A DNA stretch of 64,000 nt, taken from NCBI RefSeq assembly GCF_001194135.2, contig NC_068997.1, positions 6,844,120-6,908,119 on the forward strand, in the 5' to 3' direction. The notes beneath the pieces were generated by a model. That model ran no database searches and was not told the DNA's origin. It worked only from the letters and a program-made list of their open reading frames with translations. Positions 26,729 through 40,341 of this stretch are shown here, piece after piece. This DNA is from Octopus bimaculoides (Eukaryota). A program made the position numbers and the translations under genes. The stretch's first letter is position 1. Each line of letters starts with the position of its first letter.

Positions 26729-29700
26729 CACTTTATTTGTGGGTTAAGAAGGCAACCGATGGTTTCATATGAAGAAATATTCACAGTTGTTCAAGTCTGC
26801 CACATGGAAGTATTGCTACTTGTCTCCATTTTCAAGTGTGTGGTATATATATACACACACTCACAAGAATAAGAGGAGGGAAGGAGAGAAATATTGGTCA
26901 GTTTTTGGCAGATGTTTCTTTGTTGGTCAATGACGAGGCAAGCTGTTTTCTCACTATTATTCACCAACACATCTCTAAACTCACACAAATGCATGGACAC
27001 AGTTGGAATCAACCTTCTGGGCAAGACATGTTTGTATGTGAATAGTAGAACTAAATACATTCAAGGTACCTCACATATACCCAGACAGTGGAGCCTGGGT
27101 ACCACTTCATGGATTTTCATGCATGCACACACACACACAAACACATCCACACTCACAGAGCTACACAATCTAACTGTACTTTTGCAATGTGCTGGCATGT
27201 GGGTGTATGCATATATATATATCTCACAGGTGCACACACACACACACGCAACATATTTGTCTGTCTATAGGATACCCAAATAAAATAAGGTGAAAATAAA
27301 TATAAGATGAAATTAAATAAGCAATCTGCCAAACATCCATAAAAGCAGGGTTTGGGGTTGAGTGTGCTGAAGAGAAAAAAGGAGAAATGAGATGTTATAA
27401 AGACGAATATGATGGATGATTGTTTGTGTTTGTTGGAATGTGATACACAAACATTATATGGAAATGCTAGATAGCAAGAGGTGGGATAATGGCCAGATGT
27501 GTTGAAAAGATGGGCCATGGTCTTGGCCTGGAATGCTTTGGAGAACACTTCAAAGGTGTCTGCAGAAGCCATCATCCAGTGACAACCTGTTTCACCAGAG
27601 TGCACTGCAGAATTTACATGTCTTGTAGTTTAAAACACTTGTGAATGTGCAGTTACACTTTTGGGTAATTTGGTACAGGGATTTTGGTCAGCGATTGTTG
27701 TGGTCTCAGGTTCAAATATTGAGTGGCAGACTAGGAAGGGTCTAGAGTGTAACACGTCGTTGCTATGAAGACTGATCATGGAGAGTGATTTCACGTCTGT
27801 TCCAAAAGTCTCTGGTGGTGGAGAGTGAATGAGTTGAAGAGATTTAGCATATGATGTATGTTATGGAGGTAAAGATATGACAAGGAGTTATATAAATAAT
27901 GACCTGGCCAACAAATGAAACCCTTCTTGCTTTTTCAACTGACCAATATTCCTCCGTCTTCATTTGCATTCTAACCATTCCTTTTGTTCTTATTCTATCT
28001 CTGCCTCCAACTTCTAGCTTCTCTTCTATTCTCTCACCANNNNNNNNNNNNNNNNNNNNNNNNNNNNNNNNNNNNNNNNNNNNNNNNNNNNNNNNNNNNN
28101 NNNNNNNNNNNNNNNNNNNNNNNNNNNNNNNNNNNNNNNNNNNNNNNNNNNNNNNNNNNNNNNNNNNNNNNNNNNNNNNNNNNNNNNNNNNNNNNNNNNN
28201 NNNNNNNNNNNNNNNNNNNNNNNNNNNNNNNNNNNNNNNNNNNNNNNNNNNNNNNNNNNNNNNNNNNNNNNNNNNNNNNNNNNNNNNNNNNNNNNNNNNN
28301 NNNNNNNNNNNNNNNNNNNNNNNNNNNNNNNNNNNNNNNNNNNNNNNNNNNNNNNNNNNNNNNNNNNNNNNNNNNNNNNNNNNNNNNNNNNNNNNNNNNN
28401 NNNNNNNNNNNNNNNNNNNNNNNNNNNNNNNNNNNNNNNNNNNNNNNNNNNNNNNNNNNNNNNNNNNNNNNNNNNNNNNNNNNNNNNNNNNNNNNNNNNN
28501 NNNNNNNNNNNNNNNNNNNNNNNNNNNNNNNNNNNNNNNNNNNNNNNNNNNNNNNNNNNNNNNNNNNNNNNNNNNNNNNNNNNNNNNNNNNNNNNNNNNN
28601 NNNNNNNNNNNNNNNNNNNNNNNNNNNNNNNNNNNNNNNNNNNNNNNNNNNNNNNNNNNNNNNNNNNNNNNNNNNNNNNNNNNNNNNNNNNNNNNNNNNN
28701 NNNNNNNNNNNNNNNNNNNNNNNNNNNNNNNNNNNNNNNNNNNNNNNNNNNNNNNNNNNNNNNNNNNNNNNNNNNNNNNNNNNNNNNNNNNNNNNNNNNN
28801 NNNNNNNNNNNNNNNNNNNNNNNNNNNNNNNNNNNNNNNNNNNNNNNNNNNNNNNNNNNNNNNNNNNNNNNNNNNNNNNNNNNNNNNNNNNNNNNNNNNN
28901 NNNNNNNNNNNNNNNNNNNNNNNNNNNNNNNNNNNNNNNNNNNNNNNNNNNNNNTATAGAGAAGCATCTTCACTCGATGGGAAAGGTTCAGAAGTATGGA
29001 ACATGGGTTCCGCAAGCTTTAAGTGACAACAACAAAAATCAACGAGCCACAATTTCTGCTGGTTTGCTTGCTCGTCACTGCTCAACCCATGGACACAAGC
29101 AATGATTTCTTTACCGAATTATTACTGGTGACGAAAAATGGTGCCTGTACATCAATATGAAGCAGCGTAAGGAATGGCTTAGCCCAGGTAAACAAGTGAC
29201 ACCGCACGTGAAACAAGATCTTCATCCGCGTAAAATGATGTTGTGCGTATGGTGGGACTGGGAAGGGATTATCCATTATGAATTGCTTGAACGGAACCAA
29301 ACGGTCAACGTGGAACTCTATGTTCAACAGATAGAACGAGTCAACATGGCTATTCCAGAGAAAAGACCTAATCAGTAATATGGAGTTCTGCTGCATGACA
29401 ATACCCACCCTCATATCGCCAATATGAATCAAGGAAGCCATTCACATGCATGGCTGGGAAGTGCTGCCACACCTGCTGTACTCTTCTTATTTGGCACCAA
29501 CGGGTTTCCACCTCATTCCATCTCTTTCAAATGCTATGCGTGGAGTTTCGTTCAATACTGATGCAGAATTGAGAGCTTGGTTGGATCAATTTTCGAGTCG
29601 AAATCGAGTGATTTCTACCAACGAGGTATTGAAAATCTTGTTAAACGTTGGGAAGAAGTTTCAAACAACAAGGGTGAATACATTATTAATTAATTAGTGG

Positions 29701-29825
29701 TTGTTTTTTATTAAACCTTTTAAAAAATTTAAATTTAAAAAAAAACCGCAGGAGCTTAGTTGCCACACCCAATATATACACACACACACACATACACAAA
29801 TATATATATATACACAAATATACAT

Positions 29826-29856
<31 letters not shown>

Positions 29857-32800
29857 CCTACATACACACACNNNNNNNNNNNNNNNNNNNNNNNNNNNNN
29901 NNNNNNNNNNNNNNNNNNNNNNNNNNNNNNNNNNNNNNNNNNNNNNNNNNNNNNNNNNNNNNNNNNNNNNNNNNNNNNNNNTATACATATATATATGTGT
30001 ATAGTCACAATGAGGATATTTAAACCACTTTTAGGGATATTTTCATCCAAGACATACTGGTTTAATATATTATATTTTGAAGAGATTATTTCTTCAATGA
30101 ATGTATTATATAAAATATCATAAAATATCAAACATTATTATTGAGTTAGAAAACAGAGAGATTTAATGGATACAAATTAATTTATTAGTTACTTAATATA
30201 TTCACCTGCAATTGTTTCATTTCGCAAACAAAATTTAAAATTACAAAACATTATATATTCATATATATTTATATATGTTTTGTCATTTTAATTTTATTTG
30301 TGAAATGAAACACAATTGTAGGTGAGTATGTTTAGTAATTAATTCATTGATTTGTACCCATTAGATCTCTCTGTTTTCTAACTTGATAATATATATATAT
30401 ATATATATATATAACAATTCAAACTTTCCAATTTAAATAACAATGGAATCTGGAATGTTAAATGACAAGAGAGAGAGAGAGTGCGTGTGTGTATTTGTGT
30501 GTGTGCATATCACACGGGCATTTGAAATCTAATTTATATAAAACAAAACCTCAAGTCGGTTCTTATTCAGGGTTTGTAAGTTTTTTGATGGGTGGCAGAG
30601 CAATGTACAAGTGAGCCATTGTACTCAATCAGCTTAGAAAAGGCAGTGACAATGTATAAGAACTGATCTGGCCTGTGATAATCCCTCCAACCCCTTAAGC
30701 ATGGAACTGCAAACATAAGATGATGGTGACTATGATGATGACAAGCTACTAATCAAAGCACCAGATGACAGTTGTTCATTCATTTTCAAAAATAGCAGCA
30801 AGACAATTCACAGTGAGAAGCTCGTCTGAACTGAGTTGGTTAGCCATGAGAAAGGGGGAAAGTACCTAATGTTTCACGCTCCCCCACTGTCAAGCAGCAA
30901 ATGTTTATATTCACTAATCACCAACATATGACCATGATAAGTTTCTTTGAATCTAACTGTTTATTTTGAAGAATAATGTTATAATGCTATTAACTTTCCA
31001 CATGCTATAGAGGATTAGTAAATCAACCTCAGTATTTAACTGGTACTTTATTTTAACAAAGTGAGGTAGATAAAAGGGCAAGTTGACTATTTGAAATTAG
31101 AACAAAATGAAACACAGCAAAGCATTTTGTCTGATTCCTTAATGATTCTACCAATCATCGGCCTAAATGATTGCTGATCAATTGGAACTGTCAAAAGCTC
31201 CTGCTTGGGGCAGTACAATAAGTTTACACACACATACACACACACACACACACACATTGCTTGAAGATCACCAAATGTCATAATTAATTAAAAAAGGAAT
31301 AACTGATCAAAGCCAACATCAAAATGGTTAGTATTCATATTTTTTTTCCAAAGAAAAAAGACACAACTAAAAGCCACCTCAAAATGTTTTTAGAAAAAAA
31401 ATCCTATAAAGTTCAGCAACAAAGAATATTGTCAATTGTCATTGAATAGTAAACTGTCTTTCCCTAAAGATCCTAGAAAAAAAAAAACAGGTAAATCAGT
31501 GGACTCTTGGAATTATTTATTTTCTTGTCCTGGAAATTTAGTCACTGAAACACTAACAGATATTACTGTCTTTCAATCATTCATCTCTCCTAATGAGTTA
31601 TTTTGCCAAAGCTCTTTGAGTCAATGTAGCAAAGACCAAAGTTCTAGTAAGTAAGAAGGCAAACTCATCACACACAACCTCAGGTAGATGGCCCCGTTCG
31701 ATCAGTAGAAAAGATGTAGGTAGAAACTCCATAAGATGTACCCAATGTAAGCTATGGACACATAAGAGGTGCAGCAACATCAAAGGAAGATTAACCGGGA
31801 AGATGGCTTTCGTGTGTGGCAGATTCACAGGGGCAATAAACACCACAGATGCTCAGAAAACAGATTCTATCACACTCCAGAAGTAGTTGATAGCTTCCGC
31901 TACCTAGGTGACCAAGTTAGTAGCGGGGGTAGATGCTCTGAGAATGTTACCACTAGAATAAGAATAGCCTGGGCAAATTTTAGAAAGTTTCTGCCCCTGC
32001 TGGTGACAAAGGGCCTCTCGTTCAGAGTGAAAGGTAGATGGTATGATGCATGTGTGCGAACTGCCATGCTTTACAGCAGTGAAACATGGGCCATGACTGC
32101 GGAGGACATGCGTATGCTTGAAAGAAATGAAGCTAGTATGATCCGCTGGATGTGTAATGTCAGTGTGTAAGAGCCCTGAGAGAAATGTTGGACATAAGAA
32201 GCATCGGATGTGGCATGCAAGAGAGATGTTTGCAATGGTATGGTCATGTACTACAGATGGATGAGGAGATCTGTGTGAAGTGCCACTCCCAAACAGTGGA
32301 AGGAATCCGGGGGTAGAGGCAGACCTACGAAGACATGGGATGAGGTGGTGAAGCATGACCTTCGAACATTGAGCCTCAGAGAGGCAATGATGAAAGACCA
32401 AGACCTCTGGAGATACGCTGTGACTGCGAAGATCCGGCAAATAAAGTGAGTTCACAGCTGTATGCTACACCAGTTTCACATAACCAGCCCCAGCCCATTC
32501 AAAAGTACCTTGGGTCGTGGGTGACCTGCTGTGCTTCAGGAGACCTATTGAGTCAAGTACAACAACATCAAAATGAAAATCAAATGGAAATTGTAGTTGT
32601 GATACCCATGCTGGTGGCATGTAAAAAGCACCATACGAATGTGGTCGATGCCAGCGCTGCTTTGACTGGTTTCTGTGCTGGTGGCATGTAAAAGGCACCA
32701 ATTGATTGTGGCCATTGCCAGCCTCCTCTGGCCTCCGTGTCAGTGGCGTGTAAAAAGCACCCACTACACTCTCGAATTGGTTGGCATTAGGAAGGGCAAC

Positions 32801-32955
32801 CAGCTGTAGAAACACTGCCAGATCAGACTGGGGCCTGGTGCAGCCTCTTGGCTTCCCAGACCCCAGTCAAACCATCCANNNNNNNNNNNNNNNNNNNNNN
32901 NNNNNNNNNNNNNNNNNNNNNNNNNNNNNNNNNNNNNNNNNNNNNNNNNNNNNNN

Positions 32956-32992
<37 letters not shown>

Positions 32993-35900
32993 AGTCTAAT
33001 GTTTACAAGATAAAACTTGTTTTATGTTTCCGCCGTATTTGTTGAAGATGGCTGTGTAATGTGTTTATTTTACTCAAGTGATATTGTGGCCAAGCTGTGG
33101 CTTTGTATATATTTGTATATATTACAGAAATGTGTTTTTTAAACAATGTCCTTTTAGGATTGTGATACATGTCCTAGTGTTAGTTAGGTTCAAAGTTAGA
33201 ATACTTCCTGTGTATCCAGCATGGTTAAATGATGCTGCATCATATGATATTATTTTATATTTATTAATACCCATGAAACAAATGTTTGATATGCTGAGTC
33301 TAGCCTTCTTATCAACACATTCCATTCTTAGCAGCAGGTTCATTTGCTAACAAAGACATCAAGCAGCTCACATCAACCTGTAAATGGCTCCCAGTCTCCA
33401 AGCACACTACAACATTATCACTCTTCAATATAAGACTGTTACTGGGATAATCAACCTAAGTATTATCGTTAATGTCTTTTACAATAAGGAATGATATGCG
33501 GATTAATAGTAATTAATAAAGTTTTAGAGTTCAAAAATAGAAATGCGAATATCAGATTAATTTACATTTTGTTAAAATTCTAATCAGGTTTTAGATCCTT
33601 TTATTAGATTTAGCCAAAGCTTTTTAATTCTTAATAAAAGCAACAACTTAATATGGCAATGTATATTGAATTATGAAAAAGAGTCTGCTTCATCAATTCA
33701 ATGGCAGAAACATTTGAAAAAGCAACAATAGTGCAGTTCTACTTAGATGTTGAAACAGGGACAATGACAAGAATGGCATTAAGTGCTATTCTTGAGGAAG
33801 ATGGTTATATTTATCCATCTCTCGTTAAACATTAAGAATTAAAGGAAAGGAATCAGTGTATTTATAAGTAACCATACATAAATTTGGTAAAATGATTCCA
33901 ACAAAGAATTGAAGCAAATCACAGACTCTATTTTCCAAGAACTTGCACACAATGCAGTAATTACCAAAAACAATAAGAATGATTATTTAATAAGCATTAA
34001 CCATACTTAGAAAAAGAAGAACGAAATGACAAGTTAAGATATTCATGTCTTTCTCCAAGAGTATTAGTAAACCATTATAAATGTGAAATAAAGCTTAAAC
34101 TGTAGAATCAATTCACCAAAGATTTAACCTATGGAAATAATAATCCTGAACATGAGAAAACCAGTTCTTACTTCACATGACTGTTTGCTTTCTATGATTG
34201 TATGGACAGCGTCTTTGGAAGCTTTTTGTACGAAGGTTGATGCAGTCATTTTCATGTACTGGTCCATCAAGGTGGTAGCTAGTGATGTAGCCCGGAACAG
34301 TGTTGACACCTCATCTGTTATTGTTTGATAGAAATTTAATTAAATTCACATTATAAGGAAAATTTAAAAACCTTTGCAAAATTTAGAAAAATATGAAATA
34401 TATTCTCGACTCTATAAGAAACAGCAAAAAATAGAAACCTTCTTATGTTTATAGTCATCGATTATACAGAGACAACTCTTTTCTCTCAAATGCTGACAGT
34501 GTGTAAATGGATATCGTAACAACGTCAAATGCTAAAATCTGAAAAAGTAGGGTCAAATAATTTTCCCCATAAACAAAAATATAATCTTGTAATAAAGTTT
34601 AAATCTGATTAAACTGTTTGACAGAGAAACGATTCACAAGAATAACTTTAAAATAATTTCATTTTAAATTTCACAAATTGGAAGAATGAGCAGAGTAGGG
34701 ATTTCAGTGCTCTTTGGCAAGGATGTTAATCACCCAATGACAATAAATAGTAAATTATTGTATTTTATTTAAGGCATAATTACGTTTCAGGTATGTCAAA
34801 AAGAATTCACTTAATTAACATCTTTTAATTTCCATTACCATTCATGAAAAATTTGAGCAGAGAGGAATAAACAGAAATTCCTAAAAAATTTTGTAAAAAG
34901 TTTTGTCATATTTATTCATATGTTGTAAATTAGAAACCATTACATTCTTAGACACTCCAGACAAGATTTTCCATATTGAGTCTATTGTATTTCAAAACTG
35001 TTACAAGCATTAAAATAACTTCTTGACTCAAGCTATCTAAAAATATTTATCTAATAGTTTCACAACATATACCTCTCTCATATTTAACAAAAAAATCCAC
35101 TGAATTTAAATAAATAAATTCTGATGTCACAATATTACTTCTACAGAAAATAATTGAATAGTCTTTAAAGTGTAGTCCACATAAAAATCACCTGTGCTGG
35201 TGCCACATAGACAGCACCCATGCTCGTGCCACATAAAATACACACATGACAGTGCCACGTATAAAAGTACCCATGCTGGGACCACATATAAAGCACTCCT
35301 GTTGGTGTACAGAGCAGTGGTGCTGGCGCCATGTAAAAAGCACCCAATACACTCTGCAAAATGGTTGGCATCAAGAAGGGCATCCAGCCAAAGAAACCAT
35401 AACAAAACAGACAACTGGAGCCTGGGGCAGCTTTCTGGCTTGCCAGTTCCTGTTAAACCATCCAACCCATACCAGCATAGAAAGCCGAAGAGAAATGATG
35501 ATGAAAATGACAATGATGATTATGTAATTATCAAGAAATGTTACAGACCTTCTTTTTTAATTTCCATGTTATTGAGAGCTTCTAAAAGTCTGGATTCTTG
35601 GTTCTCGTGTCGGAATACCATCAACAAAGCTTTGGCCAGAGAGATTCTTTCACTGACACATACTTGAGCTAACATAAGAACATTGTCTAAATTCGTTAAG
35701 ATAAGCTGAAAAAGAAAAGTTTCTTTCATTGTATTTTTTTTTTATGTACATAAAAGACGTCAGTTCAAAACTATTCCGTTTTAATCCTTTAAGCATTCGG
35801 CTTATTCTGTCAAATGTTAATCCGTATTTATTCAATGTTTTGAATTAATCATGCATTATCTCGTAGCTTCTAAATTCTGATGTTATGATTATTTCTTTTT

Positions 35901-38900
35901 AGAATGACATTGTAGGGTAGGTGTGAGAGGCTGGATCAGGTCAGTTTGGGCCTGATATGACTGGTTTAAATGCTAATGGGTTAAACATGATAAAAACGGT
36001 TTGGAAAGTTTTAAAGAATAAGTAACATAAATTTCTTGCTCCATTCCAAGTGTAATATTAGGACTAATCAAGGTAGCAAGCTTAATATTAGGACTAATTA
36101 AGGTAGCAAGCTGGCACAATCGTTAGCATGCCAGGAAAAGTGCTTAGCAGCATTTTGTCCATCGTTTTGTTCTGAGTTCAAATGCCTTCCAGGGTCAATA
36201 GAATAGGTACCAGTCATGTACTGGGGTTGAGATAATCAACTTATCTCCACACCCAAAATTGCTGGCCTTGTGTCAAAACTTGAAACCAGTATCATTTTCA
36301 ATTTTAAGTGTGTATGAGTAATGGAGTTTAAAGGAGCTGAGACAAAAATAAAGGAACACGAAAGAGGAATTAGATGTAGAGCAAGATTGAGAAGACTGCC
36401 AAGGTGTTTGAGAAGAACCTGCAGAAAAGGAAAGCAAAGGAAGACATAGGTAGAAGTAGGTAGACATAGGTAGAAGTAGGAAGACATAGGTAGAAGACTG
36501 AAAAGGAAAGCAAAGGAAGACATAGGTAGAAGTACNNNNNNNNNNGTAGACATAGGTAGAATAGGTAGACATAGGTAGAATAGGTAGACATAGGTAGAAG
36601 ACTGAAAAGGAAAGCAAAGGAAGACATAGGTAGAAGACTGAAAAGGAAAACAAAGGAAGACATAGGTAGAAGTAGGTAGACATAGGTAGAATAGGTAGAC
36701 ATAGGTAGAAGACTGAAAAGGAAAGCAAAGGAAGACATAGGTAGAAGTACTGGAGATTGAGTTAAAAAAAACAGAAAACTGAATCTCTTAAAGGAGAAGA
36801 CAAAGGATGACCCCTAGTGGTGGGGGTCAGCTGTGCAGCAGAAGACTTGTTCAATTCATGAAAACATGGGAGAAAGTAAACAGATGTAATGAAATTAATG
36901 AATGCAAACATGTTGGCTTCTTACCTCTTTAAGCGTTGTATATTCTCCTGGTGGCATGATTACTTCATGGAGGTACCTAGACTTTATCCGAAGGGAACCC
37001 ATATCTCCTCGACTAGCAATATTCACAGGTTGTAAGCTATACCATTCATCAATAAACTCCCCACTTTTCAAGTCATTCAAATCTATTGTCGTTTGTACTA
37101 AAGAAAAAAAAAAATAAAAGATTTTCATGAAGGGATTTTGTTATTTTTGTTAACAAAAATGAAAAAGGAAAAAAAAAAAATGTGCTTTCACTAAAAATAA
37201 TGAGAAGCATTCATTAAAAATATTGATGAACATTTACAAAAACCAAGGATCGAATAAAGAAGAGATTTTTTTGTTAATTAGATACACATGAGAATAATTA
37301 AGATGAAGGACCAAGTCCAGATCCTTCTGTCTAATTGTGTCATAGGAGAAGCACAAACAATGAAACAATGCATTCAATACAAGTGCCATTGCTGCAGAGT
37401 ATATTCAAAGATCAATCAATAACTGCTGCCAGAAAGGTCAATGCCTATAACTCTCGTTCCTCATAAATTCATACGGCCAACACCGTCTCATTGAGATTTG
37501 CCAAATCCTTCTTTCTAAGAAGAACTGCTATCTGGAATTTCTTCCTTGTATAGATTTGCTCTTCAATAACTTACAATATTTCCAACTAATCTGCAACTGT
37601 ACTTAGTTAGCACAATAAATCTTTCTAATATGTATTGCTGTGAAGATTAACTGATGTTTGTAATTTAATAACGGTGAGAGAGAGCAAAGAAGTTGATGTG
37701 ATAATTGTATAAGATTATCTTTAATTCGTAATGACATGATTAAGTTATCAGAAAAAACAATACTACATACCAACTTCAACATCTTTTGAACGACGACCTT
37801 GATTTACAATAGATATGGTGAAACTTTCCACATCAGAAGGAATGTCACTAAACAAAAGAAAAAAAAAAGAAAATAAGAATCAAGCAAATACCAATTATCT
37901 GTTTGAAAAACCCTATCCATTTTGTCCAGTCAACAGCTACACACTGTGTCTACCTGCCAACTCTGGGGTATTATTGTCATGCTGCTTAAGTTGTGATGTT
38001 GTTTGTGTATTGTAAGTTTACACATAGGATTACTTAAAGAAACAAGGAGTTTGATGTCGGTGCAGGATGTTAATGGATGCTACCTGGATAACATGGAACT
38101 ACATTAATCCATCAAATCTATAGTCATTGGTACTAAAAGACAAAAAAACAAAATAAAATGCATTAATCCATCAAGGGAGGTACCCAGTACTCAACCTTAC
38201 AATTACATTCTTTCAACATTCGCTTTTCCCACTTATGTATGGGTTGGACAAATTTTCTCTAACAGAGCATTTTGCCATTTGTTGTGGTCCTTTGCCAGTG
38301 TCTTCATCAGCTCTAACCTCTTTAGATCAATCTTCACCATTTCTTCTTCTACAGGTTCCTTTTACTTGAATTTGGTACTTTTTTTTTTTATCAAACTGCC
38401 AGCCTCCATATACATTACATGTCTACACTTGTTGTCTACTCTCCCTGCATGCTATATTTGATTCATCTTATGTCCCTTTTTATCCCTCTCAGCTCATTAC
38501 CCATCCAGTGGAGGATAGTTGACGTTTCTTTCTAGTCCTTGCACATCCTCCACATTTAGTAGCCATATTTCAGGGTCAGGTAGTCTCGCACATTGTGCAC
38601 AAACATGATTTAATGCTTTTCTTACAATAGTTCTGTTGAAATGAACCCCTCTATTTCAGTTAACTCTAAAAATAACGTCGAACATAAATTAACGTTAAAG
38701 TTTTTAACAGGGAATTTTTCACTTCAAAATCAGAAGTGTGCCCCCACAGAACCAAGAGTGGTCTCAGACAAGTTGGTATCATCATCATCATCATCATCAT
38801 CGTTTAACGTCCGCTTTCCATGCTAGCATGGGTTGGACGATTTGACTGAGGACTGGTGAAACCGGATGGCAACACCAGGCTCCAGTCTGATTTGGCAGAG

Positions 38901-40291
38901 TTTCTACAGCTGGATGCCCTTCCTAACGCCAACCACTCTGCCCTTCACGCAAAAGAAAGAATCCTTTTATCACAAGCAGAGATAATATCCCCTGTAACTT
39001 TTTCCACCCATCTCTTAATCAGATCACCAAGGTAACAAAAGAATTATTCATGGGTGTACTCAATACTCACTACTCGCTTGATCCTAATAAACAAGTTGTG
39101 TAGCCACCGATTACATTGGGTACAATCTATGGAATTCCTACCTATACTTTTTCTGTATACCAGGCAGGGCCACTTCCCAGATGATAGCACAGTCCTGTCC
39201 TCTTAACCATTAATGAAAAATTTTATTTTTGAGAAGTTTCCTATGAGGCTTCTCAATTCTGTTCCTTGCTTCTCTATTCAAAACTTCTTATTTTAAAGTA
39301 GCACATTTAGAAATTAATGAATGAAAAAATTATTCAGGGTATTTTCAACACAAAATAAAAAGAAAACCAGCAGAATAAAGAACTTACTCAAGAATAAAGT
39401 CCTCACCCCAATAGGGGTTAGGACATTTGCCGACCTGAGTGCGACACACTTGCACATTGTTTAAATACACAACACAATAGGGGTGAGGTAAATGTTTGTT
39501 GGGCAAATCTCGTCCATCAAATATTTCAATTGATAAACTTCGTAATTCTTTCAATGCTTCTGATAAATGATTTGGTTTAGGAGTTTGAATATTTACACAA
39601 TAAGGTTTCAACGATTGGATCCAGTGCTGGAAAAGCAACCGATATAAAGTGTTAAAGTTTGATAAAGAGAACAACAAAAAGCAGTTTACCAAACAGACTT
39701 TCATTTAAGTTCATAAATGGTTACAATATTTGTTTTAAAATGACAAGAGCAAATAAAGAGAGTGCATTAAAGCTAAAATGATTCACAGTAGACAGTTTTG
39801 ATTAATCAAATTTCAAAGTAGTTGATCTCAGACCAACTGTATATTTTACTTGTAATAAATTTTCAGTTTTGAATGAATGAACAAGTGAGTGAGCGAAGAA
39901 ATGAATGAACATACATATATACATATGCACACACACACACACACACAATATATATATATATACATATCATCATCCACTTTTTGGCTTTTGCACAAAAATA
40001 TCTCTTTGATTTATGTTTCAGAATAAGAAATATAATGGTCCTTACCTGAGCCTTATCCGTACTGTCAGCACATAAATAATTTACAGACATGTGGTTGTAA
40101 GCATTAATTATCAACTGGAAGCAATTGGGCCTGGTAATTAAATTAAAGAAATGATTATATTTTGCCCTTGTTATTCTCTTACCTATTAATTACCCATCTA
40201 CTATCCTATCAATGCAGCTCCCTAATCAGAGTCTATCTCTCTTCCATCATTGTATCTGTATTATACATGACCTAATTACATCCTCAATATT

Positions 40292-40341
<50 letters not shown>

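Noticed and set aside
27440-27850. Possible CR1/Jockey-type RT remnant (AKTMAHLFNTSGHYPTSC)
   Set aside because: Similarity is too weak to call by eye.
25687-29105. Long ORFs of 250-413 aa, and others spanning Ns (42890, 45495)
   Set aside because: Open only because N gaps contain no stops.
36290-36418. Exon-like stretch after the last decoy acceptor (VLLKHLGSLLNLALHL...)
   Set aside because: It is the antisense of a decayed RTE tail (gagctgaga...gaggaattagatgtag...gagaagactgc).
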